DNA of 64,000 bases from Sphyrna mokarran (GCA_024679065.1 JAGIQG010000030.1:15624001-15688000); one strand, 5' to 3'; shown: positions 1 through 14,974, counted from the stretch's first letter. The notes: a model not told the origin generated them from the letters alone. Numbers and translations: made by a program.

Positions 1-2184
1 CTGCTGCAAAAAGTCCTCAGATAAACCTGAGGCAAGGATGGGATCTGCGACAGTTGTGATGCTCTCCACAGTTGAAGTGCTTGCCACATTTGTTCTCCAG
101 TCTCGCCCAGATCGTGTTGCCTCAGGTGAGGAAGCTCAGGTGATTTGCAGCTATTGAAACCACATCCAGTAAGACGTCATCTCCGGGGGGTGGAGGGACA
201 CAGGCTGAGAGCTCGAGAGAAAAGGCTCAGGAGCTGAATCCACCTGAATTCTGTGGGCCAGCCAATGTGTTTACATTGCAAACTCTGTTCTCACCATCCA
301 GCAGCAGCCTCATGGCCTCATAATGAGATGTATGAGCTCGTGAGTGAGCAAGAGAAGCTGATTTAATAATGTCGACAGCACAGTTCCACCTAAAATACGA
401 GTGTAGTGGCTAAAACTCCATTACTGCCACAACCTAAAGTTTTGCAACATAAGAGATTGTTGGATACTTTTAACTAACACTGACAACATGATCCTTCCTC
501 TAAGGTTTTGAATGCATTTTGTTTTCCTGAAGGTTCAGACGGTTCTGGAGCCTGCTGCTAATTCCTGGTTCTGATTGTTTGGTGGAGACAGCAATTGATT
601 TTTCTTTCTCTTTTTGCAGGTTCTGCTTATTGCTTTCACTGTTCAATATTTATACAAATAAATATTCCTTTCAGTTAATCTGCATTTTCTGCAGTTATAC
701 CAGGGAAGAGTTTATATGGGGGAGCTGCAATGGAAACTTCCAGAAAGGACGATATGTTATTTTTCTAGAAAGAAACTTGCTGTGGCTGCTGCCAAGTGTG
801 TTTATTGGTTTGTGATGTGTGTTGCATATAAAAAATTTCAGATGCTTGTACTGGTAACTTGGGTCTTCCGGAACTAACAGGACTAACTGGATGTCAAGAT
901 AAGCCTCAGATTTTGCATTTTTTTACTGTATCATCTCTTTTACACTCTTTAATTAAGTGCAAAAGATGGCATGAACTTGGACAGAAAATATGCCTGAAAT
1001 GATGCAGTCTTCTAACTGGACAGTTTCCAGGAGAAGAAAGATGTTTGACTAGTTATCAAACATCTGCAGCGAGACCATGCGTTGAGTGAAGTGCAAAGTC
1101 TGTTAGATACAACCCCTTCCTTCATAACCTAATCATGTTGGAGATTGCAAGAAAATTTCACCGTAAAGGGGGGAATTCATTCTTAAAATATATCCTTTTG
1201 TAATACAGTAGAACATGAGCTGAGCTAAACTTACAAGTGGAGAACGTGTTCTAAAACAAAGGTTTATTCTGGGCATACTTTTAAAATTATTGAGGCCCTT
1301 CCCAGCATGTGTGTTGCTGAACAGTATAAGCAGGCTGTGTAATACTGCTTGAGGATTCTTACTGAATGGATACACTTGCTCCCGGTGACATTCTTTTCTA
1401 AAATTGGACAATGTATCAAAGGAGGTCCAAACGTTCACGCTGCTTCCATGACGTATCTGTGCATATTAGTGGAGTTGATGGCTAGTAATTGGTGGAAACC
1501 AAAACAGGGTCTGAAAGACATGCTGGTTAGGTGCATTGGCCATGCTAAATTCTCCTTCAGTGTACCTGAACACATTGCGGAGTGCGGCGACTCACAGTAA
1601 CTTTGTTGCAGTGTTAATGCAAGCCTATTAGTGACACTAATAAATAAACTACAGCTGTGAGTTTCTGCATCTTAGAATCACAGTGAATTCAGACTGAATT
1701 TACTGTAATCCCAGAAAATATTCAGTTTTGTCTTGGAGACTTTTTAGGAAGCTCAATATTCCAGACCATCTGTTAGCCCAGCTAGGGAGAGAGCGAGAAT
1801 TGCGTTATTAGTGTGTGGGGAGAAAACACACTATGTATATATAGTGTGCAATAGAGAAATGGGAAGAATGTATCACAGTTTTAAAGTGAGCTGTGCAAGA
1901 CATGTGAGGTTTATCTCGTTTGTTTAACAATAAAAAGCACAGGTAATGCCAGAGAGTGTTATAGTTGCATCTGCGTCACAGCAAAAGTGATTTATATTCT
2001 CTGTACATTAGTCATGTGCTACACAGTACAGACTATTATAATGGTCAAGAATTCTTGTTGAATGGATATACTTCTGGGAGTAATATCCTTTTCTAAATTG
2101 GAAACTGGACAATGTATTGAAGGAGCCCTAAAGTTTCACAGTGCTTCCATCACACTGGACTGGGATGTCCCTAACAAGATTTAG

Positions 2185-2493
<309 letters not shown>

Positions 2494-3381
2494 TAATTAG
2501 CGAGGATTCTTGTCAACATTCATAAAGTTTTAAAGTTATTGTACACAGGATGATATATTACAATTGGACTTCAATTATTCCCACTCCCACTAACCCCATG
2601 TTCCCACTAACCCCACATTTACATGGTTCCAACAAAAACTTTGCCTCCACTCCTATTTCGGCACTCTTTAACGTGGAGTTTCATGGGAGTCGAAGCTTTG
2701 TTTTGAATGAGTCAAAATTAGTGAATGTCCTTGTTGAATTTTTACCAGCTCCTTAAGCCAACAGCAGAATTAGCAGCCCACTTCTCCAGTCTCTATAGAC
2801 TTTGCTATCCTCGTAGCTCTGATGTTTAGTTTTAGATCAGGAGAGCGGCAGAGTGTCCAACAGACCCAAGGGCCAACTTTCCTGATCTTTTCCCAGTTGA
2901 AAATGTCAGTGAAAAGAGGCAGAGATTCAACTTGCTGGCTCTCGGTGCCTTTCTTGTCCATTTTTATCACACTCTGAGGATTTGTCGATTATATGTTTTC
3001 CAGTCTTTAAATGTATGTGATGTTTATAAATCCTGTTACTCAGATACAGCAGAGTCTCTGTGCGAATTACACTGGTGCTTTTCCGCAAATCTCAGCAGCT
3101 GATTAGAGAGCTGAGTGGTACAGTACTGAAGGCTGTGGAGGAGTCCACGGCCTCATAGCTTCTTTGCCAAGTTTCAAACCTGTTAATTGCTCACAGTGGT
3201 CCAGACAAGCAAAAATTAATTTTGAATATTCATTTGTTAGTGGAATTGTGATAATTTAGACAGATGGTCTCGTCGAGCTAATTCAATGCAATGACCATGT
3301 GGAAAATGAAGAATTTGTGAGGGTAAAGAACAAGCAGCCTTTCCTTGTACTGCATTTTAAATTGTTCTGAATTTACAGTAA

Positions 3382-3711
<330 letters not shown>

Positions 3712-4711
3712 CTTTGGTCAACTCTACACACTGCTGTTGAATTTATTGCTTTCAAGAAATGGAGGCAGACATTCTCTTCATCCTTTTTGCCGAATCTTAA
3801 AGATGACTTGAAACTGAATTTTAATCATGGACGTGGACATTGCAGACAGGCAATCAGTCCACTATTCTCTCTCATGTGAATTTCCTTTGCTGCATGATAT
3901 ATAAAGAAGTACTTTCATATGATGAAATTGAAGCTAAGCGGCTCGATTCCAGACTTGGAAATTTATTCTTTATTTAATAAGCCAGTTTGTCTGTGCTACC
4001 CAGTTCAACAAAGATAAACCCAACAACTGTAACTGTGGCAGCTACATCAGAGGAACAATTTCATTACTGGGGGAAGGAAAGAACATAAACAAACCTGGCA
4101 AAATATTTCTTTGACTTTAATCTTTATTGCTACTAAATGCTGTTGAATTACTGAAATAGATGATGAGCTTAATTAGTGATGAATGGCCAGAGTTTCATTG
4201 ACCACTCTAGTAGACATTTTAATCCAACGGAAGTAGTATATAGAAAATGAGTAGAATGTTCCCTAAAGATGTCTTCATTGCAGCATGAAGCATTGGTGAT
4301 GTCATTATTTATTAGGACACTGAAAGAGTAAGCAATGCGGGGTTCCTATATAATTTTACAATGTATAAAATTTCAGGAATTGTTTCCAAGTTAAATTACA
4401 GTTATAGATGATTATTATCTAGGCTGAAGGTGCAGAATGAAAGATAATCAACATTTACAGAGCACAATAGATTAGTAAGTCTCTGGCTACGAAGTATCAA
4501 AGCCTCACTAAGGAGACCCAAATTGGAATTCCAACCTTTGCTAACCTGCATGGGTGTATATTCGAGGATGGGTTTACCTGCCAGAATTGTCTGTGAGGGA
4601 TTTTAGGGAATTCTACTTAAATCACACTTCAATTACTAGTAGGATAGATGGTGAACATAATCCATCCTACTGATCTCCCAGTCCTCATAATCAAGGGCAG
4701 CCCAGAGGCAC

Positions 4712-4786
4712 GACAGTAGATTTTACAATTGTTCTTTATAATCATGGTAGACAGTAGATTTTACAATTGTTCTTTATAACCATGTA
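4712..4786. repeat. Tandem duplication, 38-bp period, 2 copies
   Basis: gacagtagattttacaattgttctttata occurs exactly at 4712-4740 and 4750-4778. Confidence 0.9.
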
Positions 4787-5156
4787 AAATACAGTGCTAG
4801 CAGAGCCAACAATATACTGCCCATCTTGCATTAGGACCTATCACTAGCTCCTCAAGACACTAAGTTCCTGATCTCACTTATAACTGCTGGGGAAGTTAGG
4901 AGACAGGGAGTTCCAAGGAATAGTGAGATGGTGTTCTATATCTCAAAGTAGTTAGTCAACTGCTCAGCCAAGGGTGATGAGCCACCGGGGAAGAGGACAC
5001 CAAAGAAAAATAACAATAGAGAAAGCTAAAATTGGGAAAGGCCTCAAGACTAGAGTGCAAGCGTTCTTGAATCTTAGCAAGGAAAATCCATCAGAATTCC
5101 ATTTTAATAGATATTGAAGTCTGCTCTATTGAACAGCTGCTGCACTGTATCTCAAA

Positions 5157-5400
5157 AGAATAGAATCCGTACAGTACAAAAGGAGGCCATTTGGCCCATA
5201 GAGTTGTATCAACCACAATCCCACCAACGCTGTTTCCTGTAACTCGCATTTACCCTGTTAATTCCCCCGACACCAGGGTCAATTTAGTGTAGCCAATCAT
5301 CCTAAGCCACACATCTTTGGACTGTGGGAAGAAACCAGAGCACCTGCAGGAAACCCACACAGACCCAGGGAGAAAGTGAAAACTCCACAAAAACAGTAAA
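5157..5400 (-). mobile_element. HE1/V-SINE-like tRNA-derived SINE, 5'-truncated
   Basis: Contains the reverse complement of the V-domain core (cacatctttggactgtgggaagaaaccagagcacc...gaaacccacacagac) plus the agaatagaatcc tail shared with other copies. Confidence 0.8.
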
Positions 5401-8400
5401 AAAAAGCTTCTGATGTTGATGTTAAAATCCTAACTGCTATGAACAATGAGATCATTCTACATCCAAAAATGACCTAAAATTGAAACCTGACAAGTCCTGT
5501 ATCCTAATAACAAACGCACAATATTGCAGATGCTGGAATATGAAACACAATCACAAAATGCTGGAAAAGCTCAGCAATGTTATTTCAGTTAAATCACGTA
5601 ACATGGGAATCTCCATTTGAATGATTATAAGTATTAAAGGATATTCCATAGGGATAGAGAAACTCAGAATATATCCCATGAGGAAAATCTGATACCGTAG
5701 AAACTGAACAGGACAGCACGAACTATGTTACAAGTTGCACTGTTCCAAGATAGTGGTACTTTGGAAATCCTTTTTTCATTCACTATATACATGTGAAGAT
5801 TATGTTTTTATTCATTTTGGGATAGGTAAGTTATTTTACTGTTGGCTAGCTTTGTGATGTATATTTGTACAATGAATGACAAATTGACAGAACATTGCCT
5901 AATGTGACTGAAAGAGCATTTAATTTCAGTGATTACTACAGGAGACACTACACTCTTTACACAAGTTCTGTATTTCACATTTCCCTATTTATTAGAATGT
6001 TTATAGTGTGTGCTCTACAATAAATTAAAACATTCCCATTTAATGTTGATCCTATGATGTATGATAGAATGTGTGAAAGATTTTTTTTTTAATGTTTATA
6101 ATTACCAGCCTGTCACTTGAAGATTGTTCCTATTAGTGAGGCTGAGAAAATATTCTACCAATTAGTTATGGGGAAGGAAATTGGAATTAAATTTTCCCTT
6201 AGAAAAAGAAACAAAAGCATGTAAGAGGAGTTACAAGGAGAAATAGATGAGATGCAGGGAGAAAGAAAGCAGCAATAATGATGGGGGTGGGGAGGGGGGT
6301 GAGGTTAGAAGGAAATCACTTCTGGTCTACTTAGCATATGGAATTTAAAAAGTCACTTTTGACTGAGAACAGAGTGATTATAGCAACACAGAGGAATTCT
6401 GCTGCAATAATTGTCATTTAATCGCTTTGTTTATTAAAATATAAACATTGGCTTTGTATTAAATGTTTGCACTATTGTAATGCTAATTCCACTGTCAAGT
6501 GAAAACTGATTTACAGACCTCGTTACATACAGTTCTACAGGCTGAAGTGATTTAAATATTTTAAGCAAGGAATCTAGCTTTTCACTAACAAAAGCAAAAT
6601 CAATGGATATAGCTAATTAACTCCTTTACAGCCCTGAACAGACATGTGCTGGAGAATAAATCAAAGTTGTGAGGTTAGAAACACCACATTCTTCAATCCA
6701 TGTATTGCTGAGATCTAGGAAATGTCATATACACAACCCAGCATACAGATGTATAGGTGATTTGTGTGGCTGGATATTAATTTCATTATTTGGGGTATTA
6801 AGGAGAAATCATGCAAAGCTTTTGCATAGGAGATCAGAATTTATAGAATGCTCATTAAGGTGGTCTGTACATGGTCTGCGGCAGGAGCAGTCAGGGGATA
6901 AGTATCTTTACCTTGTTGAATTTCCCTTTGTTATGTCATTAAACTGTAGATTCAACTCCAGAATAAAGGAACACTGATCCAAACATCAGGTTGAAGTGGT
7001 TTATATTCAATGGATAGTTGACAAGGCAGTATCTGAGCCAGAGGATTCAAATGTAATAAGTTGCACAAAGATACATTATAGTTTTCAGTCTGTTATTCTT
7101 AGCCCAGCAGCCAACTTGATAACAGAAACCAAGTATAATTCCCTTCCCTAGGAAATGGTACATGACTCAAGTATGGATAAAATTCTTAGAGAAGCACAAA
7201 ACAGGAAAATTTAACCTATAATGTTACAGCATTGGAGCCATTCCAGAATATATTTACAATGGCTTAGTTTGTGTGGGAGTTTGTGTTCTGGAAGAATGTC
7301 AGTGATTTTGACACCCAAGGGGATTAACAATGGTGTTTTTTTTAAGTTTAAAAAACTACAGCCGATCAGTTAGGAAGACAATCTATAAAAATTGATTGCT
7401 TTTAATATTGTTTAGAGGTGGAAGCTAGAACCATATTACACTAACTGAGACATGTACATATGTTGCTGTTACAGGGAGCATGTGAGCTCCCAATAGTGGT
7501 AGGTGCACAGCATAGATAATGCTTCAAAATAGACAATACTCTTTTTAAGAAATGTAATAAATGTTACTTTCACAATTTATTTTTTGCCTTCTATTTTTCT
7601 TTGTGACTGCTCAAGAGGTCAGTGCAGGTAAAGGAATATCTTCATGTAATCTCCTCTGGTTCATTGCTGGGCTGTCTACTAATCTCAGCTGTATGTGGTC
7701 AGGTACAGAGAGTTTGGCCCTGATTGATTAGCTAGTGTACCTGCTGCTTTTGTTGTTTAGCAGCTGCTGTTCTACTGGAGTGGTATCAATAAGTTCATAC
7801 CTAGTGCTGATATTCCTTTTCTTCCAAACTCACCATTAAGAAAAGAGTTGTGCTCTGTTTCTACATATAGAGAACATATAATAGAGAAAAGACTACCTTC
7901 ATTAGGATTGTGCAGTAATCATACTGCCATCAGGAATATATATATCTGTAAAGTAAGTGAGGAAGGACAAAGTAAAAAAGATATTCTCTTATGCTGGTTT
8001 AAAATACGGGCCCAGTGAGTAGTGCGCACTTTGAAGGTCAGCCAGCAAATTCCTTACTAAAAGTACCTTTACTCCCTCCAGAACTGGGACAATGACAACC
8101 ACAAGGTTCCTAAATTATCCAAAATGTACTTTTTTCCCCCTCTGGAGCCCATTTACTGAGATAAACATTTGTCTCCCAGCATTCTGAGCTAGAGTTCAAA
8201 AATGGGAAATTACTGTTACCTGGATCCAAATCCAAGGCATCACTTTGCATTGAAGTAAACCAAGCAAATCTCCTTTCATTTCATTTTAATTAAGTTTCAA
8301 GTACACAGAATATATTTTAAATCATTATAACCTAAAATTTTGAAAAGAGATAATCATAGTACATGCATAAAATACAAATAATTTACAAAACACAGTGACA

Positions 8401-8842
8401 TATAATACCAGGGACCATGACAAAGAAGAGGCAAATTAGTGATGAGTTGACTCAAGAAATGCCATCTGTGTTGTTCACACTTCATGAGCCATTCCTGATC
8501 CAAACAAGCATTTCCATCTCTTAAAGCACCCACCACAGTAAGGCTTGTGAGTGATGTCTTCTATCTGCCTATTGTTAACACCACTTTGAACAGCATTACT
8601 TTACATGATAACCTCATTTACAAAATGGTTTTTAAAAACCATTTTACACTACTTGTGAATATATATTATATATAAAAATGCACCGTAGCTGACATTAATT
8701 TAACATGTCAGGTTTTATAAAGACAGTAACAACTTTAAGATAATTGCCACATTAATCAGCAAATTTTTAATTACATAAAAGGAATAAACTGTCAGCAGTT
8801 ATGCAGGTACAGTATAGAGGAATGAAGAATGATTTCTATATC

Positions 8843-8982
8843 TCAAATGTTTTGACAGCATTGCATCTTTGGTTTGTTTTCAGTGGTTGGAGGCATGTGA
8901 ATAGGCACCACGTTGTTACTCGGCGACATGTCATTTTCACGTTTATCTGACATTTGCTTCTGAGACACAATACGGTAAATTT
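8843..8982 (-). CDS. RAB11A: RAB11A exon 5 (C-terminus with CCxxx prenylation motif)
   Basis: Encodes (E)[45 protein letters not shown]-stop. AG acceptor at 8984-8983, 140 nt. The C-terminus is RAB11A-type rather than RAB11B-type. Confidence 0.97.
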
Positions 8983-10049
8983 CTGGGATGAAATACAAGA
9001 TTAACACAATTATGAAAAAATTATAAGCTTTCAATTAACGTTTTGCATCCTAATTTGGATGCTGTTCTCTTGTTGTAATCATGTAAATTTACATCGATTA
9101 TAACAAATGTAAATTAGTTTTGCATTGTCAACAATTACAGGTTTAGAGGCACAGTAAAGACCACACTTCAAAAGAACACTCATTACAAATGCCTGATAAA
9201 GCAGCAAGATAGATTCCATTCAAACCAAGGCACAAGAATAGAAACTTGTATGTGTATAAACCAAGGCTCGCCAGTAATAAGAATGCCAGTCCCAAAGAAA
9301 ATAATGGGATCTGCACTTTTCTTTTTGAACAATAGGCCATGGTAATTGCTTGGCCCAGAAGGGATTTAATTAGAATTTAGCTACAAGCAAAGTTTGTACT
9401 GTCATCCATACAATGACTCCAACAGAATGTTATCTCTTTTAAACAGTTTGCACTTTCTACCTACCCTCCCCCAACTTCTTGATTCGAGAAGATTAAAAAA
9501 ACATCGGCAGAAGTTTGGAGAAGCAAAATATTTCTCAGCCTTCCTGGTTCATTAGACTTCAGCTCGGACACTTTTGGACTTTAGCTGTTGCAAGTGTGAA
9601 CAAAACAGTGTAGGCCTACCGGAACTTCAGATAAGTATCAGTCTGTTAATCCCTTCTCCTTAACCAATGAGTTTAAAAATTGAGAAAGAAGAGGAAGGAC
9701 CAAGAAGTGTAAAGCCAGTCAATTCAGCGCAGCAAGACATAACAATAGGGGAAGATTGGAATGAGAGAGAAAGACAGAAGGAAAAAATAAGAAACGATGT
9801 TACACTTAAAATCTCCAACAATTCTTACAGAAGGAATGGGACTCCACACTTTTTGGGTTAGTAACTGGTTAGTCATTAAAAAGAATTGCATTGTTAAAAG
9901 GCCACTTAAGCTATGAATTACTGTCCTGGTGCAGTAGGGATGTTCAAGCACATTGCTGGGACAGGGTATGGGATCTTTGTATTTAGTTTGTGCTATCTGC
10001 GCCTCAGTTGGAAGGGAATCGGCTGCAAGGAGACAATTTCATTCAACAT

Positions 10050-11780
10050 CAAAGAAAATATTAAAGAATATTGGCAGGTAAAAATCAAGGAAAAACCAAA
10101 AAGGTTTTATCGGTACATTAAGGGCAAGAAGATAATTAAAGGGTGGAGCATCAGGGATGTACAAAGTAATCTATGCATTGATACACAAGATGTGGGCAGG
10201 ACTTTTATTGAGTATTTAGCTTCCGTTTTCAAAAGGAAAGGGAGGATGCAGACATACTAGTTAAAGAGGACGACTTTGAAATATTAGATACAATCAACAT
10301 AAGGACAGAGAGGGAATACTGACATCCTCGAAAGGGGTTAAATCACCAGGGTCAAATGGATTGTATCCCAGGCTGTTAAAAAAAGGAAACAGCAGATGCC
10401 AAGGATCATTTCTCAATCTTCACTAGCTACTGCCAGGTTACCAAAGGATTGGGAATCCGTGAACATTGTATCATTGTTTAAAAGGTAAGCAAGTTAGCTC
10501 AAATATTTGTAGGTAGGTCAGTCTACTTTTAGTGGTGGAGAAATTACTACTATTAATTCAGAAAGGATAAACTATCACTTGGAAAGGAATGGAGTAATCA
10601 GGGATAGTGAGCATGGTTTTAAGAATAAGTTGTGCTGTAGGAATTTTTTGAGTAAGTGATAAGGATTGATGAAGTAGTGCAGTGATGTGGTCTACAGGAT
10701 TTTAGGCACTTGACAAGGTTTCACTCAGCAGACTGCTAAGAAAAGTAAAAACCCATTGGATAAGAGGGAACGTGGCGAGTTGGATCCAAAATAGCTCAGT
10801 GACAGGAAACAAAGGGTAATAATCTATGGATGATTTTAAGAATGTAAAAAGCTCAGCATTGGGTCCCCTGCTGTTTGTTATACATATTATTTGGACTTAA
10901 ACGTGGGAGGCATGATTGGGAGAGTTGCAGATGACAAAATCAGATGTGTGATTAGCAGTAAAGAGGACAGCTGTGGATCCAGAATGATACAATGGTTTGC
11001 TTGAGTCGGCAGAAAAGTAGCAAATGAAATTCTCTGAGAAAGTGTGAGATAACACATTGGACAGGACAAACAAAGAAAGGGAATGCTCATTAAATCCCTA
11101 CAGGAAGCCATTCAGCATCGAGGCTGCATCCACTCTGAAAGAACATCTTACCCAGGCCTTCTTCCCATCCTGTCACCGTAACGCCATGCACTTACCATGG
11201 CCAATCCATCCAACCTGCACATTTTTGCACAGAGGGAGGAAACTGCAGCAGCCAGATCACGCCCACACAGACATGGGGAAAACGTACAAACTCCACATAG
11301 TCACCTGAGGCTGGAATCAAACCAGGGTCCTGGCACTGAGAGGCAGCAGCAGTACCAGTGTGCCACCCAACTCAACAAACAGAAGGATATTGGGAGATGT
11401 CGAGGAAGTGAGACATCTCAGAGTGCATGGACACAGGTCCCTGAAGGTGGCACGACAAGTGGACGAGGTGTGAAGAAAGCATATAGAATGTATTCTTTTA
11501 TTGAGAAAAATATAGAATACAAAAATAGGGATAAAACAATGGAACTGTATAAAACACTGGTTAGGCTGCAGCTGGAATTTGCTGCAGGGATTGACCGTTG
11601 AGGCAGAAACTTTCAACTTTTTTAAAAGACATCGGGATCTGCATTTAAAGTGTGAAACCGGCAAGGGTTACAGACCAGGTGCTGAAGGTGGGATTAGAAA
11701 AGGTGGCTAGTTTTTAAACCAGCCAGCACAGACATGATGGGATTAAAACCTTCTCTCTGTGCCTTAACTTTCCTATGGTT
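10050..11780 (+). mobile_element. Degenerate CR1 LINE ORF2 fragment with 3' tail, interrupted by a SINE
   Basis: Frameshifted CR1 ORF2 remnants (KIKEKPKRFYRYIKGK; IEYKNRDKTMELYKTLVRLQLE; ttgcagatgaca FADD-like stretch). Confidence 0.8.
11090..11370 (-). mobile_element. HE1/V-SINE-like SINE nested in CR1
   Basis: Contains the reverse-complement SINE core (cacagacatggggaaaacgtacaaactccaca...gggtcctggcactgagaggcagcag). Confidence 0.75.
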
Positions 11781-12057
11781 TTATTAATATTCCCAGTTTA
11801 ATATTTATAAAAATTAACTGCAAGGTTTTAAAAATCATCTCCTTTAGGAGTCTGAGCTGAAGGTTAACAGAAATCTGTACAGAGTAGCCTAATCCTTAGC
11901 TGATCCTAACCAGAAAGGTCACACTCAAATTAAAAAAACTGACGGACAAAGGAACCTTCAGCAGCACAAGACATGTTATTCTGTGGTGGATAATGGAAAA
12001 GTCTCCTCCACCTATAAATTGTATAACTTAAACAATTTATTATGTTAATGATCAGTT

Positions 12058-12372
12058 ACATAGTCACATAGAATCCTACAGTGCAGGAAGCCGCCATTTG
12101 GCCCTTCAAGTCTGCAGTGACCATAATCCCACCCAGGCCCTTTACCCACGCATTTACCCCAGCTCGACTCCCTGGCACTAAGGAACAATTTAACATTGTC
12201 AACCAACTAACCCGCACATCTTTGGAGTGTGAGAGGAAACCAGAGCACCCAGAAAAAAACCCACGCAGACATGGGGAGAATGTGCAAACTCCACACAGAC
12301 AGCGACCCAAGCCGGGAATCGAATCCGGGTCCCTGGCACTCTGAGGCAGCAGTGCTAACCACCGTGCTGCCC
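12058..12372 (-). mobile_element. HE1/V-SINE-like SINE, near full length
   Basis: Has a tRNA-like head on the minus strand (ggcagcacggtggttagcactgctgcc; B-box ggattcgattccc), a V-domain and a CR1-like tail (...ggattctatg). Confidence 0.88.
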
Positions 12373-12493
12373 TACCAGTTCTGGTCCAACTTTCAATCGT
12401 CAAGTCAGAGACGTTATACCACATTGAAGCATTTTTACGAAATGATCAGTTCAGCCTCGATTCGGAGCGATGCTTGAAAGTGGATCCACATAC

Positions 12494-12574
12494 CTGTGAG
12501 GATGGTCTGGAATGCAGTCTCGACATTTGTTGAGTCTAAAGCTGAAGTTTCAATGAAAGATAATCCATTCTTTT
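12494..12574 (-). CDS. RAB11A: RAB11A exon 4
   Basis: 81 nt with AG/GT boundaries. Encodes (E)[26 protein letters not shown], including the G5 ETSA motif. It is absent from the ORF track and was read manually. Confidence 0.97.
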
Positions 12575-12739
12575 CTGGAACAAAAAAAATCAGCTTTTCT
12601 TTAAAAAATAAATCAATGTCACGAACGAAATGATGAGATTTATTCTGTCAATCCGGCTTGTACACCACATCTGACAGGAGTCAGGTCACTGGATCCTCAA
12701 CAGTGATCAGATGTTGGAGGCACATAACCCACACTCTCA

Positions 12740-13962
12740 CCTGATGAAATGTATCCCAGGACACAGAGGTTCAGGAGGAAATTGCGGATTTCCTAGCACG
12801 GACATTTGAATCATTGACAGTCACAGGTGAGGTGCCTGAAAACTTGAGTGGCAAATGTTGTGTCTATGTTTAAGGGTTGCAGGGAAAAGCCTGGGAACTA
12901 CAGGCCAGCAAGCCTCATAGTTGTGGTGGGTAAATTGTTGGAAGGTATTCTGAGAAACAGGATCAACAGGCATTTAGAGAGGCAAGGACTGAACAGGGAC
13001 AGTCAGCATGGCTTTGAGAATGTAAAATCATGTCTCATGAATTTCGTTGAGATTTTGAAAGGGTAACTAAGATGATATAAGAATTAGGAGCAGGAGTAGG
13101 CCATCTGGCCTCTCGACCCTGCTCCACCATTCAATAAGATCATGGCTGATATTTTTGTGGACTCAGCTGTACTCAAGTAGATGAGGGCAGTGCAGTTGAT
13201 GTTGTCTACATGGACTTTAATAAGGTCTTTGACAAGGTATTGCATCATAGGTTGTTGCGCAAGATTAAATATCACAGGATCCAGAGTGAGGTAGCCAATT
13301 GGATACAAAATTGGCTTGATGACAGAAGACAGAGAGTGGTTGTCAAGAGTTGTTTTTCAAACTGCAGGCCTGTGAACAGTGATGTACCTCAGGGATCACT
13401 ACTGGGTCCACTGTTATTTGTCATTTATATCAATGATTTAGATGAGAATTTAGGAAACATGGTTAGTAAGTTTGCAGATGACACCAAGATTGGTGGCATA
13501 ACACACAGTGAAGAAGATTATCTTCGCTTGCAATGGGATCTTGATCAATTGGGCCAGTGGGCTGATAAACAGCAGGCTGAGTTTAATTTAGATAAATGCG
13601 AAATGATGCATTTTAATAGATCGAACCAGGGCAGGACTTACTCAGTTAATGATAGGGAGTTGGGGAGAGTTACAGAACAAAGAGATTTAGGGATACAGGT
13701 TCATAGCTCCTTGAAAGTGGAGTCATAGTTGGACAGTGTGATGAAGAAGGCATTTGTCATGCTTGGTTTCATCGTTTAGATCAATTTGCAGATACAATAA
13801 TGACATTTAAGGGATGTCTTGACAAATCCACGAATAGGATGGGAATAGAGGGATACGGTGCCCAGCAGAGTAAGGAGTTTTAGTTCAGTTAGGCAGCACG
13901 GTTGATGCAGGCTTAGAGGAGTGAAGGGTCTGTTTCTGTGCTGAAATTTTCTTTGTTCTTTA
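12740..13962 (+). mobile_element. CR1 LINE RT fragment with 3' tail
   Basis: ORFs 12848-13066 (PGNYRPASL, QHGF) and 13210-13728 ([36 protein letters not shown]). An inverted CR1 3'-tail piece is inserted at ~13075-13170. Confidence 0.92.
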
Positions 13963-14452
13963 TTTGCTCCCTAAATTAAAAATCAAAGCAGTACACAAAC
14001 ATAAGGATAGAATTTATAACTGGAAGCAATATAGTCACAGGTTTAATTTTCCCCAACATCTAATCTGGCTTCTCCTTATACCCATGCGGGTGTTAATTCC
14101 CAGTGAGCAATGCCTGCAGTCAGGTCAGTGGACCAGTTCCTTGCCAGGCTAAAGCTGCCTAAAATGATTCAGGAATAGTGACTATGGCGTAGCCCACAAC
14201 ATCTAACCCATGTCAGGTATCTCCACGTTGTTCACGATCAGACAGGTCCTCACCAAGGAGAAGGGATCTGAAATGGAAAGTACTGGTGAAGTCTTCAAAA
14301 TAAAAGTTGGCTTTATAAAATGTCGGGTAGGAGTTCTGAAAGTCCTTTGCAAGCTTTCTTCCTGTTCAAGCGCAATGCCCTGAACCAGAAAATTAACTAT
14401 GTACAAATCTCAAGCTCTGTGACGAGCTGGAGGAATATCCATTTCTGATGCA

Positions 14453-14580
14453 ACAAAATAAGAATACTGCAGATGCTGCAAATCTGAAATAAAAACAGAG
14501 AATGCTGAGAAAACTCAGCATATTTGGCAGCATCTGTGGAGAGAGAGTTCACGTTTTGAGTCCATATGACTTTTCAGAGC
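14453..14580. repeat. Short Penelope-derived terminal repeat
   Basis: caaaataagaatactgcagatgctgcaaatctgaaataaaaacagagaatgctgagaaaactcagca...ggcagcatctgtggagaga. Related copies lie at ~5510-5580, ~26440-26535, ~39145-39245, ~41830-41940 (inverted) and ~54820-54975. The ~39.1 kb copy is contiguous with a GIY-YIG remnant. Confidence 0.6.
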
Positions 14581-14582
14581 TA

Positions 14583-14876
<294 letters not shown>

Positions 14877-14974
14877 TTATGCTTTTCACACTCATCTATA
14901 ACAAGCTGAATTCAAATCAAGATATTTGCATCAGAAAAATCTGCAATTGATTTTTAAGTTAATATGTTGGCCTT

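Noticed and set aside
530-815. Acceptor-like sites (ttttcctgaag, tttttgcag, ttttctgcag) and ORF 579-815 as a further MEGF11 exon
   Set aside because: No recognisable MEGF10/11 peptide and no convincing donor; needs RNA-seq.
4638-4671. Small hairpins (also ~36148-36171 and ~60834-60873) as miRNA or structured RNA
   Set aside because: Stems of 8-15 bp are too short for pre-miRNA and are expected occasionally by chance or by small fold-back events.
13210-13728. 172-aa reverse transcriptase ORF as an active or domesticated gene
   Set aside because: It is a fragment of a CR1 copy that has stops, frameshifts and an insertion on either side.
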